From Adineta steineri (taxonomy: Eukaryota): a stretch of DNA of 16,819 nt. Under the pieces are notes generated by a model. That model did no database searches. It was not told the origin of the DNA and saw only the letters and a program-made list of their open reading frames with translations. Of the stretch, positions 9,838-16,819 are shown piece by piece. Position 1 is the first letter of the stretch; every line of letters begins with the position of its first letter. Both the position numbers and the translations under genes were made by a program. The stretch lies in assembly GCA_905250115.1 (NCBI GenBank), contig CAJNOI010000487.1, forward strand, positions 14,488-31,306, read 5' to 3'.

Positions 9838-10691
9838 TTAAAGTTTAGAATTTTGATTTTTTAATATATCTCGTCTCATACGCATAGGAACGGCATGGGC
9901 TTCATCGAAATAGGGTTGTGTTTCTCGTTTTACTCGTTGCACCCAATCATGAACACGAGGAAATTTTTCTTGATTTAAATTATACCCTGCAGCAATTGGT
10001 TGCATCAGTTCACAAATACCTAAATATAAACGATAATTATATTGTTGAAATTTTATTTTTGATTAGTGTGATCTACCAAGTAAGTCAGCAAATGTCAGAT
10101 GATTACCACCTAAATAAGATGATCGTTTTAACCATATATTTTCAAGATCATCAATAGAACTTTCCCATCGTTCATGCCATTTTTCTAATTCACGTTCATT
10201 TGGTGGCTTCTTAGTCATACGAGGTGTGATAATCTAACAGAAATTTTAACTTTTTAACTTAACGTAATAGGAAAATAACATTATTTTACTTTTGTACGAA
10301 AAAGCATTGCACCATTAGCGCGTAAATTGGCATGTTGCCAATTAGCATATTCATTAACACGTGCTCGTTCTTTTAAATCTACTGAATACCAATCATTTTT
10401 TTTGTATTTATCACAAAGATACATAAAAATTGCCACACTAAAATCGAAGATTTTCAGTAAGAATATTCAATTTATTTTACTATGTTCTAACCTTTCGGTA
10501 AGAATAAAACCTGAGTCACTGATAACTGGTACTTTTTTGAATGGATTTATTTGAGAATATTCATCAGTCACATGTTCAAGTTTTCGTAATGCAATTTCTT
10601 TCGATTCAAATGGTATATTTGTCATTTTAAGAAAAATATACAAAGCCCGAGAGGGCTGTGACATTAAATCGTAATAATATACCAAAGGCAT
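9838..10691 (-). CDS. GSTT1: Theta-class glutathione S-transferase, 228 aa, 4 exons
   Basis: Exons 10492..10691, 10290..10437, 10077..10233, 9838..10019 (200+148+157+182=687 nt, in frame). Protein begins MPLVYYYDLMSQPSRALYIFLKMTNIPFESKEIALRKLEHVTDEYSQINPFKKVPVISDSGFILTE|SVAIFMYLCDKYKKNDWYSVDLKERARVNEYANWQHANLRANGAMLFRTK. It resembles GSTT N-terminal (SQPxRAxYIF...NPxKKVPxxxDxxFxLTESVAIxxYL) and C-terminal domains. The symbol indicates family; paralogue not resolved. Confidence 0.92.
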
Positions 10692-10774
10692 CTACAATTA
10701 AAGACAATCATACATTTACAAAAACATATTGAGTCTATAAAAAGGCGCAATTATGTTTCGCCTTATTCTTTACA

Positions 10775-10999
10775 ATGCCATCTATAGTAGCTTTCACATT
10801 TTCATCATTAACTTTGGCTTGTCTATTTGGTAGTTATATTCTTTTGAATCGTATGAAAAACTTGAAAATTGAAATTGATCAGAAAAAATTTGATATTCAA
10901 ACAACAGAAGAAAATCTTTGGCAATTAAATACTGATCTAAGTCGATCCATTCTTAGAAAATTACGTTTACTCGATCGATTATCATCATCACAAGTATAA
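10775..10999 (+). CDS. Small putative single-pass membrane protein with a coiled-coil-like tail, 74 aa, unidentified
   Basis: MPSIVAFTFSSLTLACLFGSYILLNRMKNLKIEIDQKKFDIQTTEENLWQLNTDLSRSILRKLRLLDRLSSSQV*. Hydrophobic N-terminal helix followed by a charged helical segment. It does not overlap another gene and lies in a plausible divergent arrangement with the GST. Confidence 0.45.
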   Translation: MPSIVAFTFSSLTLACLFGSYILLNRMKNLKIEIDQKKFDIQTTEENLWQLNTDLSRSILRKLRLLDRLSSSQV

Positions 11000-11310
11000 A
11001 AACAAACTAATATAATTCTCATAAAATTTATTTATTTTTATTTCAAACGGAAGAAGAAAAAAAAATATACATAAATTGAACAAAACAAATAAAATTTATC
11101 AGCACACTTGCGCATTTTTTTGTTGTTGTATTTAAAGAGAACGCCAATATTTTTGTTTCTGATGAGATGAAACACTAATACTAGATGAAATCGAAATAAA
11201 AGCATCAAATATATAAATAGATAAATAAAATGATAAGAGTATTCGCATTAAATTACGAACTAAAAAAAGAAATTAAATGAGATCAAAACATAGAATTTTG
11301 TTCGGTGGGT

Positions 11311-15092
<3,782 letters not shown>

Positions 15093-16250
15093 CGTCGGAT
15101 AATGTAATATACACGACGAGTCACAAAATAAGATCTAAAAATAGCAAATAAACCTACTGTCTGTGTACACTCACACATACAAATATTACAATTTGACGAC
15201 TAATTCGACGATAGCAACAAGGCAATAAAGAAGAGGAGGGAAGAGAAAAAGGTAGACATCGACATAGACGATAGTTTGTTTGTTCAACTAACGTGAACGA
15301 AAGAAGTGAATACGAAGGTAAGATGAGTGACTATAGACGATGAGTTACTTAGCGTATGAAGAAAAGCAATGAATATATAAGGGAAAGAGGATTGATCATA
15401 GAGAATAATTTGACCAATTCATTGAACAAAAATATATCATACTCGATGAATAATGTCCTCTATGTTTTATGGTTAGTCGGTATAACATTAGATGTCGCTG
15501 TACTTTAACTAAAATTCTTCTTTCATATACGATCTTGATTTCTGTAAATATCAAAACGAAATCGATTGTTCTTGACTTTTAAACTTTATGATATAGTAAA
15601 TGACGTAATTAATACAAAACACAATAATACATGAGAAAAATATATTTGATGTTCGTTGTTTTTCTGTCTGGGGAAATAATAGTAAGATATATTGGGTATA
15701 TATTAATAAATAAGTATTATATATAAAACATATGTGTAAATTGTATTTTTTTTCTCTGTTTGACTAATATAAGAATAGAAAATATTGAATGAAATCATCA
15801 TTGACAATGATATACTAAAAAGTTTATATCATCACAAAGTCCTAAATGTGTCGATGAATGTCTAGGGAAATTTAAAAAGAATTATGAAACTTCCACAAAA
15901 AAATGACTTTCTAAACATATTCCATGTAAACCAATACAATCATAATAAATACGATTACCTATTTCGATTTTTAATCAATAGACACGTCTTTTCTATTGAG
16001 ATAATCCTTGTGCAAGAGATAAAGAAGTCTTGATATATAAAGGTTTTTTCACTTCTTAGTATATTAAAGTGAGTAACTCTTGGTTTTATTAGAAAATAAT
16101 TTTGTTATATAAAACAAACTTGTGTAAAAAGTTATGAATAAATAAAACTAATGACAAGTATATGAAAAAGTACAAGAACAAAAGTTATCACAACGGTATT
16201 TAATTTCACTGAGGACAAAAGAAGAAAAGTTTGTCATTATCATCATTGTT

Positions 16251-16819
16251 CTAAGGTAAATAACGATAAAGAGTTATATCTTTTGCATCACGTTCTAGGT
16301 ATTCTTTTTCAATTAATAGTTCAATACATTTCTAGAATAAATAATAAATTTGTTCTATTTTGAAATAAATAAGAAAAATTATACTTTAATCATGAGAATT
16401 TTTGGCTGAAATTTTGAAGTTAATTGTGGAATAATTTGTTCTATTAATGAATTATAATCTAATTGTTTTCGAGCTTTCATTGTTCGAACAATTGCAGCCT
16501 ACAAAATAGTTAAATAAAATTAATAAAGTAGGTTTTTAATTTATTTACTTGAATAAGAAAGTTTCGTTCTTCTTCAATTTTTTGACCATCGTTTTCAGCA
16601 TCTTTTTGTTCGACTAATTTTACCGCTTGATTTAAATTAATTTTGACTTTTTTACTAAAGAAAATAAAACAAATAAACTTTACATCTTTAAACTAATGTC
16701 AAACCTTTTAAAGCTCTCATCAACTTCAATCATATAATCGTTTTTAATATCACTTTCTTTCAATTCTTCACTGACAGTGATTTTTGAACATTTTAATACT
16801 TGACTTTTTAATAAAATCA
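16251..16819 (-). CDS. CUL1: Cullin C-terminal region (CUL1/CUL2-like), partial at the window edge
   Basis: Exons 16705..16819 (partial), 16549..16654, 16385..16498, 16251..16331. Translation: ...LLKSQVLKCSKITVSEELKESDIKNDYMIEVDESFKSKKVKINLNQAVKLVEQKDAENDGQKIEEERNFLIQAAIVRTMKARKQLDYNSLIEQIIPQLTSKFQPKILMIKKCIELLIEKEYLERDAKDITLYRYLP*. Matches the cullin neddylation domain (IQAAIVRIMKxRK...IKKCIxxLIEKEYLER). CUL1 versus CUL2 assignment is tentative. Confidence 0.9.
16475..16477 (-). other. CUL1: Codon of the predicted NEDD8-acceptor lysine (IVRTMK)
   Basis: Lys 8 of exon 16385..16498, aligned with the lysine in the conserved cullin motif IVRIMK. Confidence 0.75.

Noticed and set aside
9918-10157. 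79-aa plus-strand ORF
   Set aside because: Antisense to two GST exons and the intron between them; no recognisable protein.
10327-10554. 75-aa plus-strand ORF
   Set aside because: Antisense to GST exons 1-2.

Overview
Eukaryotic nuclear window, AT-rich, with many very short introns (about 48-60 bp). I infer a bdelloid-rotifer-like genome from gene content and intron style. Reading the minus strand by hand gives five spliced or single-exon genes plus one partial gene. (1) A predicted F-box/leucine-rich-repeat protein (996-3240) has its LRRs on 11 consecutive exons of exactly 84 bp, all phase 0. (2) An intronless orphan 7TM receptor lies at 3912-4865. (3) An NKX6-class homeobox gene (6257 to about 8623) has the homeodomain recognition helix interrupted by a 17-nt micro-exon. 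(4) A theta-class glutathione S-transferase (9838-10691) has four exons. (5) A WDR47 (nemitin) orthologue (11311-15092) has 13 exons, with an apparent +1 frameshift at an 8-nt homopolymer in the LisH region. (6) The C-terminus of a CUL1/CUL2-like cullin (16251-16819) runs off the window. One small plus-strand ORF (10775-10999) sits head-to-head with the GST. Most interesting: the modular 84-bp LRR exon array with an alternating dimeric (about 282 bp) pattern, and the homeobox micro-exon. No bacterial-type system, CRISPR array, rRNA or tRNA was recognised. Splice models were checked by codon-phase arithmetic only; no database or transcript evidence was used.
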